Assembly (NCBI GenBank): GCA_951406725.2
Contig: OX597814.1
Span: forward strand, 42,098,001 to 42,162,000
DNA: 64,000 nt
Source of the DNA: Octopus vulgaris
Taxonomy: Eukaryota
Direction of reading: 5' to 3'
Shown: positions 12,161 through 25,849 of the stretch, in pieces
Numbering within the stretch: position 1 is the first letter of the stretch
Layout: each line of letters starts with the position of its first letter
The notes under the pieces: model-generated
What the model was told of the DNA's origin: nothing
The model's database searches: none
What the model saw: only the letters and a program-made list of their open reading frames with translations
Translations under genes and position numbers: made by a program

Positions 12161-13949
12161 TATTTGAATACAAATACATATACATGTACCTATATATATA
12201 TATATATATACATATTTACATACATATATACATATATACATATATATATATATACATATATATATGTGTGTGTGTGTGTATGTATATACATGTATATGTA
12301 TTTATATGTGTGCGTGCGTGTGCGTATGTTTGTATGTGAGTATATATCTGTGTTTATTGTTTTTAAATATATGCATATACGTGCATACGCATCTCTACAT
12401 ACGACAGGAGTGAACTCATACACGCTGACGCATATGCATACAAACACAAACATCACAATCATTCCAACGTACACACACACACACGCCTACAAACGTTCGT
12501 GAGCACACTCACACAGACACGCAGCAATTCTTTCGTAATTAATATTTTATTTGAACAAGTTGCCGAATATAAGAAACGTATCTTTACACATCGCTGGAGC
12601 CTAGTCAGGAAACAATTTCATGAGAAGCAACGTTTATCTTTTCCTTCATTGATTGCAATCATCTTTGCGCTACATTCAATTCAAATTTATAATGAAGCTT
12701 GTTTTTGTGCTATTTTGTAAAACATTGTGTTACTGATGTATGTTTTCTCTCGATTTATGTCCCGAAACCTAAGTTAAAATTCATTTATTCATCGAAATAA
12801 TCAAACGCGTTCAATTATATAGCCGTGGAAGCAAATTAAATATATAATGTAGTTTCTTTCGCTCTCCAATTTCCGTGCAGCCTGTATAGAGAAATACCGG
12901 AATTATCCTGTATTTTTATGATGTTTTCACTTGCAAGCTACTTATATGGAGTAGTTATAACAACGTTATGATTATACAGTCAGGAAACTGATATAGATAT
13001 TTCAAAGCCACATCACTTGGCTTTCGTCGTTTTGCCCGACAACTTGTTCTGTACGTTCAAATCTTGAGATTTACGTTGATGTACATCCATTCAGAGTGCG
13101 ATAGATAAAGTATCCATTCTGAGCCATGAGTTGACAGAATTTGAAGGGCAATGGACAAAATAATTCGCTATATATGAGCCAGCCATCACTGATGTGGCTA
13201 AAGCACATGTAATGCTATTAGGCTCACGAACAATACAAATTGATTTTTATGTTGACAACATCACTTGCTACGACAAATCTTTCCCATGACAGCTCCCCGG
13301 ACAGAGAAATTCCAGAATCAGAAACTCCAACTAATACCAGCAGAAGATAATATCCGTTGTTATTTCACATACACAAAATCAGACTATTTCTCACTTCTTG
13401 TCAATACAAGAATTTTTCTTTTGCTTTACTATCTACCTCTAATCTGTATCGAATTATAAATATGAAATATTAGCGGTCTTTGTGAGGAGAATGCGTGTAG
13501 GAAATTGTTTTAAATTTAAAAGAAGTACACCATCGGAGAAATATTACTTGAATTTTATTTCGGTAGGAGACCAGTTTCTTTCTTACTCATCGCAAACATA
13601 GTTCTACGTGAACTCATGAAGCCATTCAAACATGCAATCACACTTGTGAGAATACATGTAGCTACATAAACGCACAGAAGAATACTAGGAGGTGTTCATG
13701 TCGGGAGAGATAAGGAGAGATTTAAACGATGATATCCACTGACGAAAGGACATATTGAGTGAAAGAGCAACTGACAGAAGTGAAATGATAGAGGGGAAAA
13801 TATTCACTTGCAAAAATTCCATTGCCCCCGTATGTGTAGTTCCCTTGTGCAAATATCTGCTCGTACATGACGTTGTTGATGTTCAAATTGCGCTTGGATA
13901 TTTTAATGAACCTTCAGTTTATAAAGGAAAATAAAATTTTCTCCAGCAA

Positions 13950-14770
13950 GACGTAACCCTCATGTTTTCTTCTATTCCTCCAGTTCACAATCGTGAAGTA
14001 AGCCTTCTCGAAGTAAAACTCTCACTGGAATGTTTCTCATTTCAAACCGATGTAAGGATTTGAACACCTGTTGTAGTCCACATCTGTAAATTTGAACGCT
14101 GGTCATAGATCACAAGTTCTGTTGTACATGATCCATTTAGATTACATATCAGATTAGCCCTATATAATCAGCTACACTCACTGGGTGGTGTATTATCTGA
14201 TGAATAGTTTATTTGAAATAAGGTGGCTGATCACTTCTCGACATTTATAAAAAATGTAGAGTGTATCTGGTAGTATGTTCTAATTGAAAATAAAACCGTA
14301 TTGTAAAATTTGCGAAACTGACACATATATCGCAATGAGTATACTGAATATACGTCTTGCGTTATGCATACATACACACGCATACATATCTCCCGGTATG
14401 TAATATGTCCAGAAATGTTTTATTCTCATCCTGTGTGATAGTGTTCATATAACCATGTGTCTGTATGTATTCCGTATGTTCACAATGTGATGCATTGATG
14501 AATATCACCAATTTCAACAAGGAACTGCAAGAATTGTTTTTCATTGGAGACTTTATGTTTTGGCAGAGTACCATAAATAATATCGCCTAGTGTGTAAGAA
14601 TTTCAATGAAAATATATGGCACAAAACACTCCCAGAGATAGCTGATTAAACTTCATGCTGATGTTCTTGTATCTATCGAATAGAATTCTCAAGGAATTGA
14701 GCCTCGCAAAAGATTCTATGGCGCATGCAATTGCTATATCATGCTTCACCTTTTCATCTCCTCCAATTCA
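13950..14770 (-). mobile_element. Decayed RTE-clade LINE (post-RT region)
   Basis: Minus frame GDEKVKHDIAIACAIESFARLNSLRILFDRYKNISMK...IIYGTL...QFL...HQCI resembles the RTE segment (EVxxRIAKAxxxFxxL...WxxxxISxxTK...LLYG). Boundaries are uncertain. Confidence 0.5.
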
Positions 14771-15360
14771 CTAACAGTATTAACAAAAATACATATATAT
14801 TGCTGTACATATCTATCTTTCTATCTCTATATGCACACACACATATACACACATACACATACACACACACTCACACACATAGTTGTGTGTGCATATGTAA
14901 TTATGTACGTACGTATGTATGTGTATATGTATGCATGTAGGCGCGTATATGTGTATTTTATTGAGCTTGCAAACCAGCGGAATAAAGCAGTCAATAAAGA
15001 ACCAGAGTGTAAATATTTGTTGTGTGCAAACAACAAAATGGAATCTTAATATACATCAGATGTGCATTGTTTAACCTGATATCTTTGCGTTTGTTATATT
15101 CTCATATGCTTCACAAAATCTACTTGACATATTCGCTCTAAACAACGATTACTTCCAAAAGAATTTTCCGTTTTATGTGAAGAGAAGAATATCAAATATA
15201 TATATGGCAGCAGAATGTCTGCTTGATTATGGCATGCTTTACTGTCGGAATGCTAAACTGGATAGACATCAGAAGAATCACATAAGGAAAAAGAACTTTA
15301 TAATCCAAGAAGAGTAAATAATTGAAACAAATCTATTCCAGTAGATACGATCTTAAAATA

Positions 15361-15415
<55 letters not shown>

Positions 15416-15964
15416 GTAAACACAGACAAATCCATAATCATATATATATGTATATATATATATATAATGTATTAGTGTCTGTGTGCGCGTTCGTAAGAAT
15501 ATATAAATAAAAATGTTGTTCCCCGTCGATCAATTTTTTTCAGTAATGTTGAGTAATATATATTTAAGAAGGTTATCAATTTCGTGCATCATGCTTGCAA
15601 GTGGCCTCTCTTCTCACCATATATATTTTTCGAAGGAGAAGGCAATTGAATATAGACTTGCATCTTACCACTAACACCGTTGCAGTTACAACGCAAATAT
15701 CCGGGAAATTTACCTGAATGCAGGAATCCATTGACAAAATTTGGTCAAAATTTTTCTGAGAATTTCTTTGACATTTAGAAGAAGTATTTCGATACAAAAG
15801 CAATTTTTTTCGCACACGTTCTTCCCGATACAATGGGAATCAAAAAAATACTCAATTGTTGCACGGAATCCTACCCACGTACACATACGAAGAGTTTGTG
15901 GACATTATTATACTTTGATAACGAATCTAATAGGAAAATATAATTTACCTTATCACCCTCCATC

Positions 15965-16011
<47 letters not shown>

Positions 16012-16229
16012 CTCTGGCTATTTATATTTATGCATATATGGGTATTATGTATGCTTGTATATATGTATATAAATACACGCATAGATATATATGCAAATAT
16101 GTGTGCATATTTTTGTTTATGTGCATATATATAAATATATATGCATATATGTGTATATATAAATATATGTGTGTGTGTATAAACATATTTATAAGGTGAT
16201 AAAAAGTGTACGTACGCAGCTATATGGAT

Positions 16230-17000
16230 ATTTAGAATAAATGAAAGAAGAACACAAGAACACAACAGACGACGATAAAACATCCGAACAGATAGACGAT
16301 ATAAAGACGGATAGGTAAAAAAAAAGACGGACAGGAAAAAATAAGGACGGATCAATCGCAGATTTCTCTCCTCAGTCACGTTTCCAGACTATCGTTACAA
16401 TTTCGGTCGTTTACACTTGGGACTGTTCAACTCTAGATGTCACTAAGAATCCAAGCCAAGAATACTTTGGGAGAAAGCAAGCGAATGTATAAGACAACAA
16501 TGATGAAAAATCTGAGAAAATGTTACACCATTACAAATACAAACAAGAAAATGACATTTGTCTATCGACAAGTAAAACAAATCAATTTGAGCTGATATGT
16601 CTAGAGGGAAAACCTTGACATAGGAACATAGGACATTACCAACAGAGATGAAAGTCGTGAGACATGAATTTAAGAGATGCTTCGCAGTCGAGCCAAGATT
16701 TATATATATTTATAATAGAAAAGGGGACAAGAATGCGAAACATCCAGACAGTTCGGTGATACAAAAAAGGGGCAACAAAACATCCAGATAAACGATAAAA
16801 CGAAAACAGCGACTGGTCATTCGGAAAAAAAATCGAGAATATTACACAAATTCAAATTACTAGATATAACAACAGGTGACTTTCGACTAAGGACGAAATA
16901 AATTAAGCTGATATGTGTGGAAATAAAGCCATACGGCAGGGATACAAGATTTCACAGGCACAGGGATGAATATAGATGTTGCACGGCCGACGGCTTAGTT
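16230..17000 (+). repeat. Two adjacent diverged copies of a dispersed repeat (~16230-16680 and ~16720-16990)
   Basis: Shared blocks aaaacatcc...acgata, tcgac...aatt.agctgatatgt and gggatgaa/gagatgaa. Confidence 0.5.
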
Positions 17001-17244
17001 TTTCCTTTGAGCTGGCCAGATTGGAGCAATCTCGAGTATAACGAGTATAAACTATTCTATAAATTAAAACTGACTCCATAAAGACGAAAAATCAGTGGCG
17101 GGCAAAGTATTCTTGATAATTTTAGTAAATTCTATGCTGACGTAGACACAACATGTTCTTTATCTCATTAACACCTTGGAGATTTTAGGTAAATTCATAC
17201 TAATGTGTCCATATGTACTAATTTGATTAAATTCTATGTCTTTG

Positions 17245-17330
17245 TGCAGCTGAAGATTGCTGTAAATTTTGAATTGATGTAATGTTTCCATTGTTCAATT
17301 AAATGGAGTTGCATGAACGATCGTATTGCA
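17245..17330 (+). ncRNA. Decayed type I hammerhead ribozyme-like motif
   Basis: Stem I tgcag/ttgca, core CTGAAGA (17250-17256), long stem II, GAA (one A short of GAAA), palindromic stem III acgatcgt and a GUA cleavage triplet. Confidence 0.55.
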
Positions 17331-19313
17331 TTACCTCTGGATATCCTTATTGCTTATTTTGATATATATATATATATATATATATTGTTTTCTTCACTCG
17401 TCTATTAATGTTCTTACTGTATTATTTTAACTCATGTTCGGAAATATTTCGTCACACATATGTGACCTCTTCCGCGACACTTTTCGTTTGAAGAGTTCAC
17501 AGATGTTTCACCAAAGATTTCCGGATATGAGTTACAGTAATAAAATAAGAACGGTAATAAACGAGTGGGTAAAAAAACTATATATAATGTGTGTTTATTT
17601 GGCAAAAAGAAATGACAATCCCGAAATACAATAATGTGTTTTAGCACACGATTTCCTATCAAGAAACTTGCAAAACGAATTGATAAACGTAGGTATATAT
17701 ATATTTAATAGTCATTAAGTCAGTTAGTAAATAAAGCCATTAAGGAACCAAAATATATTGAAAAAGTTTTGACTGAAGACTTGGAATCATGTATTTGTAT
17801 CCCTAAAGCATTCAAATACTACAAACGTACAAGCCTATATACTGTATACGACATCCTCTGCGAATATCATTTTTATTAATGTTGCTCCTATATATATTTT
17901 TGCCATTAACTCTTTGTGAATATATGTTCCTGCGAGTCGTTTTCCTTAAATATGTGCATGTGCTTTCGTATGTCTCTAACTATATGCATATATGGTCACG
18001 TATTTACCTCCGGTCTGAAAATACTCAGTGGGGTGTCTCAACGTCAAAGATATAGTAGATTACCATTTAAATACCATTAAATTATATCATTAAAAAATAT
18101 TTATTCAATATACTGAGAGCGTCATATCGATATTTTTGTTTTATTTACTGCCTCTTTTAAATACATTGTTATCAGTTTTCATTATATTTTTTCACTTCGC
18201 TTATAATCTTATTGTAATACGAAATGTATTTAGTTTTTAAAATGTAACTTTCACTTTGTTATATATAATTCATGAAGAGTTATTGCTATGGCATATTTCA
18301 GTTATCTGAAGGAATTTATTAATATTGTGTATTGCATATTGATTTATTGAATATTCAACAGTTATTCTAGCTTATCGGTACATTAATAAAACATTCAATT
18401 CTTAGACGAGTTGAACTGTTTCTATTTTGTTTGATTAAATAATAATAATTTGGCTGCGAAATAATCTTTATATTTTTATGATTTTTACGATAGAGACAAT
18501 TTTTCTTTGTTTATAATTTGTTGTAGTTTTAGGTATATAGATGATGGAATGTTCATACATTTTCGGTTATGATATAGAATCGCCGCAGAATGCATACTGG
18601 CATACGTTTGTTTGAGATATTTGACTCATAAAAAATTATCGCTGGATATACTACAGCTGTAACTGTAAATTTCGATTCACACTAAATCCAGCATTTACAT
18701 TGGTTTCGTGTTTCGTTATGTACGTGTATTAGGCCTGTGTCACAAATTGAACCTGGATTGCTCCTTCAATTAATAAGCAACAAAACATAATTTTTTTCAA
18801 TTTAAGTGATGATATCAACTTCGAAATAATTAGTCCTCTAGCAAGCATAGATTTGATTCCTGCTAGCCAATCTGAGAGAAGAAAGGCTATTGACTATTGA
18901 AGACAATAAAAGCTAGGAGATAGGGTCGTGAAGAAAAAAGGCGTGACTACATAAGAAAATTTGAGAGGAAAAGCTTCGACTGATTCTGTTATGACAGCCT
19001 GACTGCCACCCAATATATACGCAACAGCTTACCATTTCAGTGCATTAACAAATAAACACACAGAAAAATCCTCCTTTACCAATAAAAAAAAAATTAATAA
19101 ACAAGGTCAAAAGGGAACTATTTTTCTATTCTTATAATTTTGGCTCTGATGGACAATTACGACCAGTGTCTTGTTAAAGTAGCAATAAATATATAATAAA
19201 AATGTATCTCTGACTAATATTGAATTTGTCGAATCAGACTAATGTTGTTGCGATACTTGTATGTACGTGTGTATGTCTGCATGTGTTCATGTAGCTGTAT
19301 AAATTTATGTATA

Positions 19314-19380
<67 letters not shown>

Positions 19381-19590
19381 CATATTTTTCATATTTTCTC
19401 CACTTTTTATAGTTGATTTCAAACAAAGGAATTCCTAAATACATATCCAAAGTTTCTAGACCTTCACCTAACGGTAAAAATATTTTGCTGCGACATACAA
19501 TTTAACCCATGACTTCTGATGCCTAATGCTGAAAGACCAAAAGATCGACAGACTAGTCTACAGGAATATATCGTTCTTTCTTTATATATA

Positions 19591-19731
19591 GGCGCAGGAG
19601 TGGCTGTGTTGTAAGTAGCTTGCTTAACAATCAAATGGTTCTGGGTTCAGTCCAACTATGTGGCACCTTGGGCAAGTGTCTTCTACTATAGCCCTGTGAG
19701 TGGATTGGTAGACGGAAACTGAGAGACGCCC
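19591..19731 (+). mobile_element. Family A SINE, 5' part
   Basis: ggcgcaggagtggctgtgttgtaagtagcttgc...ccttgggcaagtgtcttctactatagcc...gtagacggaaactga. Confidence 0.9.
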
Positions 19732-19734
19732 TAT

Positions 19735-20829
19735 AGAATTCCGTACCTTCTTCACATAGGAATTATTTCTAAATGGTCTGTCTAAACGTTTTCTGTTACT
19801 GCTTCTAGAATCAATCTCTTTTGCTGCTGGCACACCACAAATGTAAATTACTTCCATTGAAATATCTTGCCTTTTAACTGTATGTCTAATTTCTAATTAA
19901 TTTAGATGTCATTTATGCTCCCATCTTTGGCCTTTTATTAAATACATCATGTTTCCAATTATTTTAGTCACTATGCCATCCTTCCAACTCTCTTTATCAT
20001 TCTTGTGTACTTTGAAATGGATTTTGACTCTGACAACAAAATAGTTAACATTTTTTGTTGTTCTCTATACTTTATTTTCTTTCGCAACAATTTGTCGAAG
20101 ATCGATTTAATCTTTCCAGCGAACCTTAATATTTCAAGCTCTGCAGACGACTTGCCTAAAGAGGAATTCGGATTGGGCGTTATTCTGAACACCCTTCAGA
20201 ATTTAGTTAGCGCTTCATCATTTTATAATTAATTCTTTGCTTTTATTAGCCCTCGCTTGAAAGTATCCATGAATCGTTCTGATTGCCCATTTCACCTCGG
20301 GTGGTATGGCCGTTTAAAAATGTGCTTCACTGCATGCATTTTGCAGAATTTCTTGAACACGCATCTTGTAAATTTTGTTCCATTGCCCGGTACTATGTTG
20401 TCCAGAACACTGCATCGAGCAAATAGTTCATGAGGAGAACTTTATTGTTGCATTCCTGATAGGTTTGGTGCACCTACATACTTCCGACCTATATATATAA
20501 ACAATGATCAAATGGTAGGCACCATTCACTGGTCCAACATAGTCTATATATACACTTGACCACGGATTATCTGTCTCAGGCCACGCTTGGTATTTCACCG
20601 GTGTTGACTTGACTGCTGGCGCCCAAACTCTACATCATTTTACCAAATTTTCAATTTACTCAGTCCGTTGTTGACCAGTACACGTAACTCCTACTCAAAG
20701 CTTCAACTCTTGACATCCTCGAGTGTCCACTATGAAGTTCATGTTATGTCTGATTCTGTAGTGCAATTGGTACTACCACTCTTTGTGCGTACATTAATAC
20801 ATTATCGCAGAGTGAAAAATGATCCGTAT
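19735..20829 (-). mobile_element. Gypsy/Ty3 LTR retrotransposon, integrase region (pseudogenised)
   Basis: Minus frames give RVVVPIALQ...HELHSGHSRMSRVEALSRSYVYW (zinc-binding region), PWSSVYIDYVGPVNG, GNGTKF, PYHPR.NGQSERFMDTFKR and FRITPNP, with many stops and frameshifts. Confidence 0.92.
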
Positions 20830-21329
20830 TCCCATGGTTACCGTGATAATCTACTATAATAACACTCGTGTGTTTATGAATGAGAAAAGTAGTTGTGATA
20901 GAAGAATAAGGAATGAGGTGTGCGATGTCATACTTGGTAGTGGGATGATGAAAGTTGTACGCTGCAAAAAATAAATCAAACATCTTTTAAACCCTGCTTG
21001 AATATATGTGTGTGTATGTACAGAGGTGTGTGTGGACGCTTGTCTGTCTGTATGTGTGTGCGTATGTGTGCACAATGTAAGTGGGATGGTTCATATTTGT
21101 TCGTGTAGTATTTGGGTTTAATTTTTGATTTGGGAGAATCTTGTATGTGAAATAAAACGTATATTATCGTCTGCTAGTATTAATTGGCATTTCTGATTCT
21201 GTAAATTCTCTGTCCGGGGCGTTGACATTTTTAACGTAGACGTGCCCAAAGATGTCGAATGCTTACACAGAGCAGGTTTTACAGCAAAATCACCCAAACC
21301 GACCGTGCGAAACCGGGCTTAGCTGCTAG
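20830..21329 (+). mobile_element. Helitron-like 3' portion with an intact terminus
   Basis: Hairpin ccgtgcgaaaccgg (21303-21316) followed by CTAG (21326-21329) and then T. Confidence 0.65.
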
Positions 21330-21395
<66 letters not shown>

Positions 21396-22432
21396 TATAT
21401 ACATACACACACACATAGACACACACACATATACGTACAAATATCTATGCATAAATATACTGAAATGAATGTACGTATACATATATATGTATGTATGTCT
21501 CTGTGTGTTTTTCTTTCTTTCTTTGTTTTTGCGTGTCTGTATAGTAAAAGTATGGCCTGTTGCTTAAGAACATCATCTCTCAACAATGAGTCATGTTGAA
21601 TAGCTTCGTTTCAATCTTTGTATATAGTCTGTAAATTTGGGTAGCGTGAAACAGTGCGGGAGTGTTTCAGTTGGATTTACCTGTAATTGAAACATACAGC
21701 CATCAATCACATTGCGTCCCACTTAATCTGCTTTAGAGTCAGGATGACACAGCATGTACAGATTGCTCAACCACTTAAACATTGACACAGGAGCATGTAA
21801 TCCAGTTGATTTCTCAAATATATCCTCATCGTCGAGTGACGGAGAGCAAAGGCAATGGCAAACACACGCACAAACACACACACACAGACACACACACACA
21901 CACACAAGCACACGCATATACACAGAAGGAAATGTTTAGAGAAATTATCTTGGAAAGCTGAAAGAAGACTAGATACAGTTTTATTTGAAGCACCACCACT
22001 TTGGATTCTTTAAGATGACCACTTCATTCGGGGATGAAAGGAAAAACGAAATGAAAGAGCCATAATATCAGTTCTGCAATTTCCCATATTTTTCTTCGTG
22101 AAATGACATTCAGACTTAAAGTACACATGACAGAGACACTTGTTACGTTCATGGTCTTACTCAGTCTATGCGCCCGATAGCCTTGTGTGTAACGTTGTTT
22201 TGGTAGAGGAAGGCTAAAAGGTTGAAACTTTGAAGTCACTTTCACTTTCTGTTTTGAAAATGTTAGGCGTAGGAGTGGCTGTGTGGTAAGTAGCTTGCTT
22301 GCCAACCACACTGTTCCAGGTTCAGTCCCACTGCGTGGAACCTTGGGCAAGTGTCTTCTGCTATAGCCCCGGTCCGACCAATGCCTTGTGAGTGGATTTG
22401 GTAGACGTAAACTGAAAGAAACCTGTCGTATA
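20830..22432 (-). repeat. Segmental duplication, copy B, lying inside Gypsy pol
   Basis: Reverse complement of 9573-11407. It lacks the 155-bp insert and has a short deletion near 21228. Confidence 0.97.
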
Positions 22433-22643
22433 TAAGTGTGTGTTTGTCCCCCTAGCATTGCTTGACAACCGATAGTGGTGTGTTTACGTCCCCGTCACTT
22501 AGCGGTTCGGCAAAAGAGACCGATATAATAAGTACTGGGCTTACAGAGAATAATTCCCTGGGTCGATTTGCTCGACTAAATCCGGTGCACCAGTATGGCC
22601 GCAGTGAAATGACTGAAACAAGTAAAAGAGTAAGAGTAAAAGA
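22266..22643 (+). mobile_element. Full-length family A SINE
   Basis: Head ggcgtaggagtggctgtgtggtaag through to the 3' tail gactgaaacaagtaaaagagtaagagtaaaagag. Confidence 0.92.
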
Positions 22644-23815
22644 GATAACGTTTTTAATTTCCTTTTCTGACTGTTATGCAGCTATCACCGTATATTCTGG
22701 CGGTTCTGCATTCTTCGGAATTAGCCTAGATAAAGGAACTGCATGGCCAATTTTCTTAGGAGGACTCCATCTTAAAGTTATAATTTAACAATATTTCACT
22801 CCAACTTTTTAATCTGTTAGCTGTATGAATACGAATTCCTTTCTTCTATTCGAAAATTGATAGTGACAGTCGGTGGTCCGTCTGAAGCCGAAAACTTCTA
22901 CCGTGGATACATCTGTGAAATTATTTCACAGCAAAAATAATCAATAGAGCATCTTTATCTATCTGATTGTCACTATCTACTGCTGCAATGAGATGATACG
23001 ATGTATGAGACATCGCCTTCATATTACCGTCTTTATATTTGTGTAGCAAAACTGTTCCTACACCGAATTCAGAAGCGTCAGAAGATGCAACAATGTCCGC
23101 TAATAGATCGCAATGATCCAGCAACAAATCCAGAATTAAGATTTTGTCGATAAGCTGAAACGCTTTTTTGACAGTTATTGGACCAATTCTTTTTGGCGTC
23201 TTATTATGTGGGGCTCCCAATTCATACATGTTTGATATGTAATTTTGATTATAAGTCGTTAAGCCAAGAAAAGCTGGAAGTTGGCAGAGGAATAATTTTT
23301 AACTGCGTCTGCCCGCGACAAGTCAGGTCGTCTTCTATTTTCATCGATAATTTTTCCTAAATATTAAATTTTATGCAAAATAACTCATATTTCTCCTCAC
23401 TGAGCGTGAAACCGTAATCTTGTATTGTTTTTTTTTTTCTTTTTGCAAAGAACAATTCACATGCTCGATATATTGATTATGGGATTCACTTTAAATTAAT
23501 ATATCATCAAGGTATGGAATTCCAAATTGACAGTCCGGCAATATCTCTTCCATATACCTGTTGAAGTATTGCAGGTGCAAACTTCAGACTAAATGGCAAT
23601 ATAATATATTGCTTAAAAATTATATGTACGTATTCCCCATTAGAAGCTTCTAGCATTCCTCGTTTACTTTAATTTGCATATTCAGATCAGACAGATCCAG
23701 TTTCGTAAATATCTTGCCATAATTTAATTTTGAAAAGCTATTCTCTGGAGTAAGCAGTGGATAACGCACATATTTAGACAGTCATCCAAACCAATAGGGA
23801 AATTGACACACATCC

Positions 23816-23868
<53 letters not shown>

Positions 23869-24870
23869 GTTGGTTATACTCACTTAGAATAATCTACTTT
23901 TGAGTGTACAGGTACACCTTTTTCTTTTATTTGAAATAAGCTTCAGTCATAGAACAAAGACCTAATTTATCCGAGAGCATTTCAGGAAGCAAGTTTTAAA
24001 ATGTTGTCTTCAATTCAGCTGCGGTGTAATCTTCATTGGTTGGACCGATGTTTTTTCTTTTTTTTTTTTTTTGTTTTGTTTTGGGGGTCAGAAAAGTATT
24101 ATGGAGCGACCCTATAATCAGCAACTCCAACCAGTCCGTACCAAAGAGATTGGTTACTTTTTTACAATGAAAAATATTGCTTTAAATGTTCTGCCCTGAA
24201 ATGTGATATCCCCCTATATTTTGCCTAAGCTGTATAGTCTTTAATCCACTCGTTCAAAGTTTGTGAGAATTATTTCACGTCTCACCGAAATTTTGTTTGG
24301 CGTAAGCACTTGTACAAACACGGGACCCAAAAAGGAGTTAGTTCATTCAGTGTAAACCTTCCGCACATATGGTTTACGGTCTCGGCATACATGAAAATGT
24401 CTTGATTCTCTTTTTTAACTAGATTCCGACACTCCCATCGATATTTAAATAGGGAGCACTTATCTGAATGTTTGTGAGAGTAGCTTGAGTGTTTCCTGGA
24501 AACAAATTTCTCTAATTTTTGGGTGGGTAGCATGAAGTTACAATAGTCTTCATGTTTAGGCGGCGCCACTTTACTTAATAATAACCTTACGTTTTCGTTG
24601 TCTGTCCACGATTTGCAATCTTCCCTGAAGATTCATTCATACCTTCTGCAGTACGCTTCAAACGTGCTACAACCCTCTAGCGCATACTGAATTCTGTTAT
24701 GGAGTTTGATACGCCGTTTGGCGAGAACGAAATTATAATGTTTCCGGATACCTCCATTAACTGTGTTTTGTTTTTATTATTATTGCTGAAGTAGTTGTTT
24801 CTGCAACTCTTCTTCCTATTCTTGATGCTCTTTTTGCAACTGTATTTTAGAAATTAATAGGTCTTCCATC
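22644..24870 (-). mobile_element. Gypsy/Ty3 LTR retrotransposon gag-PR-RT-RNaseH (pseudogenised; K02A2.6/Mag-like)
   Basis: Gag start MMEDLL and a SLFKYRWEC segment. RT motifs KIFTKLDLS, LPFSLKFAPAILQQ and PYLDDILI. RNase H motifs SDASEFGVGTVLLH, NQIDKDALLIIFAVK and QTDHR. Confidence 0.93.
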
Positions 24871-24961
24871 ATTAACAACTTTGTATCACAAATGTGTGTT
24901 AACTGACCTGCGTGAATCCTCGAAGCCAATTATTGTAACGTAGTTACTCGTAGCCAGTTAT

Positions 24962-25234
24962 TGTAGTAAGCTATTATTTAGGACTATAATTTTTTACACT
25001 ATAACCGTGTTGTAACATTAGAATATATAACGAAGCAGGATAACAACGTAAGAATCCATCAAACTGTCCACGAACTATACATGAACCGACAAAGGATAAT
25101 CCTAAAAACTACCAGACAGATGCCTTACGACTTCCTGCGCTTAACGGCTACTTTCTTTGTCTCACTCACACCGTACTATTTATAGTTGTTCGGTCAAATC
25201 TATTCTTGCAGGAAGTGTGGTGACATCCACTACA
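24962..25234 (-). mobile_element. Probable 5' LTR of the Gypsy element
   Basis: Termini tgtagt...actaca (TG..CA inverted ends). On the minus strand it is followed by PBS-like TGGCTACGAG and then gag. No matching 3' LTR was seen. Confidence 0.6.
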
Positions 25235-25541
25235 ACAATAATCAACAGAAATATAGGAAGAGCAAAATATGCAGGGACTGAATTTTTCGGTTAATATGCA
25301 ATATTACTTCTTTCAGTTTCGTTGCTAAGGATCAAGCGTTACTTCCGGTGGATTTAAAGACTTTTATGAGGAAGCATTAAAGAAACATTTAAAAAAGAAT
25401 TATTTTGTGATCTCTAAAAATCTTTAACGAATGACTTGTATAGAATAGATTCTATTTTTTTTTTATGTATACAGAACATTTCGTGCTGAATGTTTCTTTG
25501 TTGTTGTAATCGTCAAATCATTAAGTAAACGTATAATATTA

Positions 25542-25776
25542 CAGTAATCCCTTGCCATATTGCGTTTCACCTATCGCGCACACAGTACAACGCGATTCTT
25601 CTGTCACGCACTCAGTACATCGTGGTTCACCTAACGCGCACTCAGTACATCGTGGATTTCTCTGTAAAATTATATCGCAGATTTCTGCGGCCGATAGGGA
25701 TTTATATTTCTTAGATTTTATTTATTTCCGTGGGACGTTTTGGAACGTTACACCTGCGATATTCAAGGGACAATTG
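25542..25776. mobile_element. pogo/Tigger-like MITE with an internal 30-bp tandem repeat
   Basis: TA-flanked imperfect TIRs cagtaatcccttgccatattgcg / cgatattcaagggacaattg. Three 30-bp units span 25566-25655. Confidence 0.65.
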
Positions 25777-25849
25777 TATATACTAATTATTATAGAATGT
25801 GCTACATCAGTGCGTCCAAAATACAAACGCGCTTAGATTTCGTGCATAA

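Noticed and set aside
13230-13365. Minus-frame peptide NNGYYLLLVLVGVSDSG resembling a GPCR TM2 or signal peptide
   Set aside because: It is preceded by an in-frame stop, has no acceptor or start codon, and substitutions against the paralogue are mostly non-synonymous.
16360-16390. Minus-strand CTGAGGA...GAAA as a hammerhead
   Set aside because: No stem II or convincing stems I and III can be formed.
25566-25655. Three 30-bp repeats, superficially CRISPR-like
   Set aside because: The units are contiguous with no spacers, lie inside a TA-flanked MITE, and the context is eukaryotic with no cas genes.
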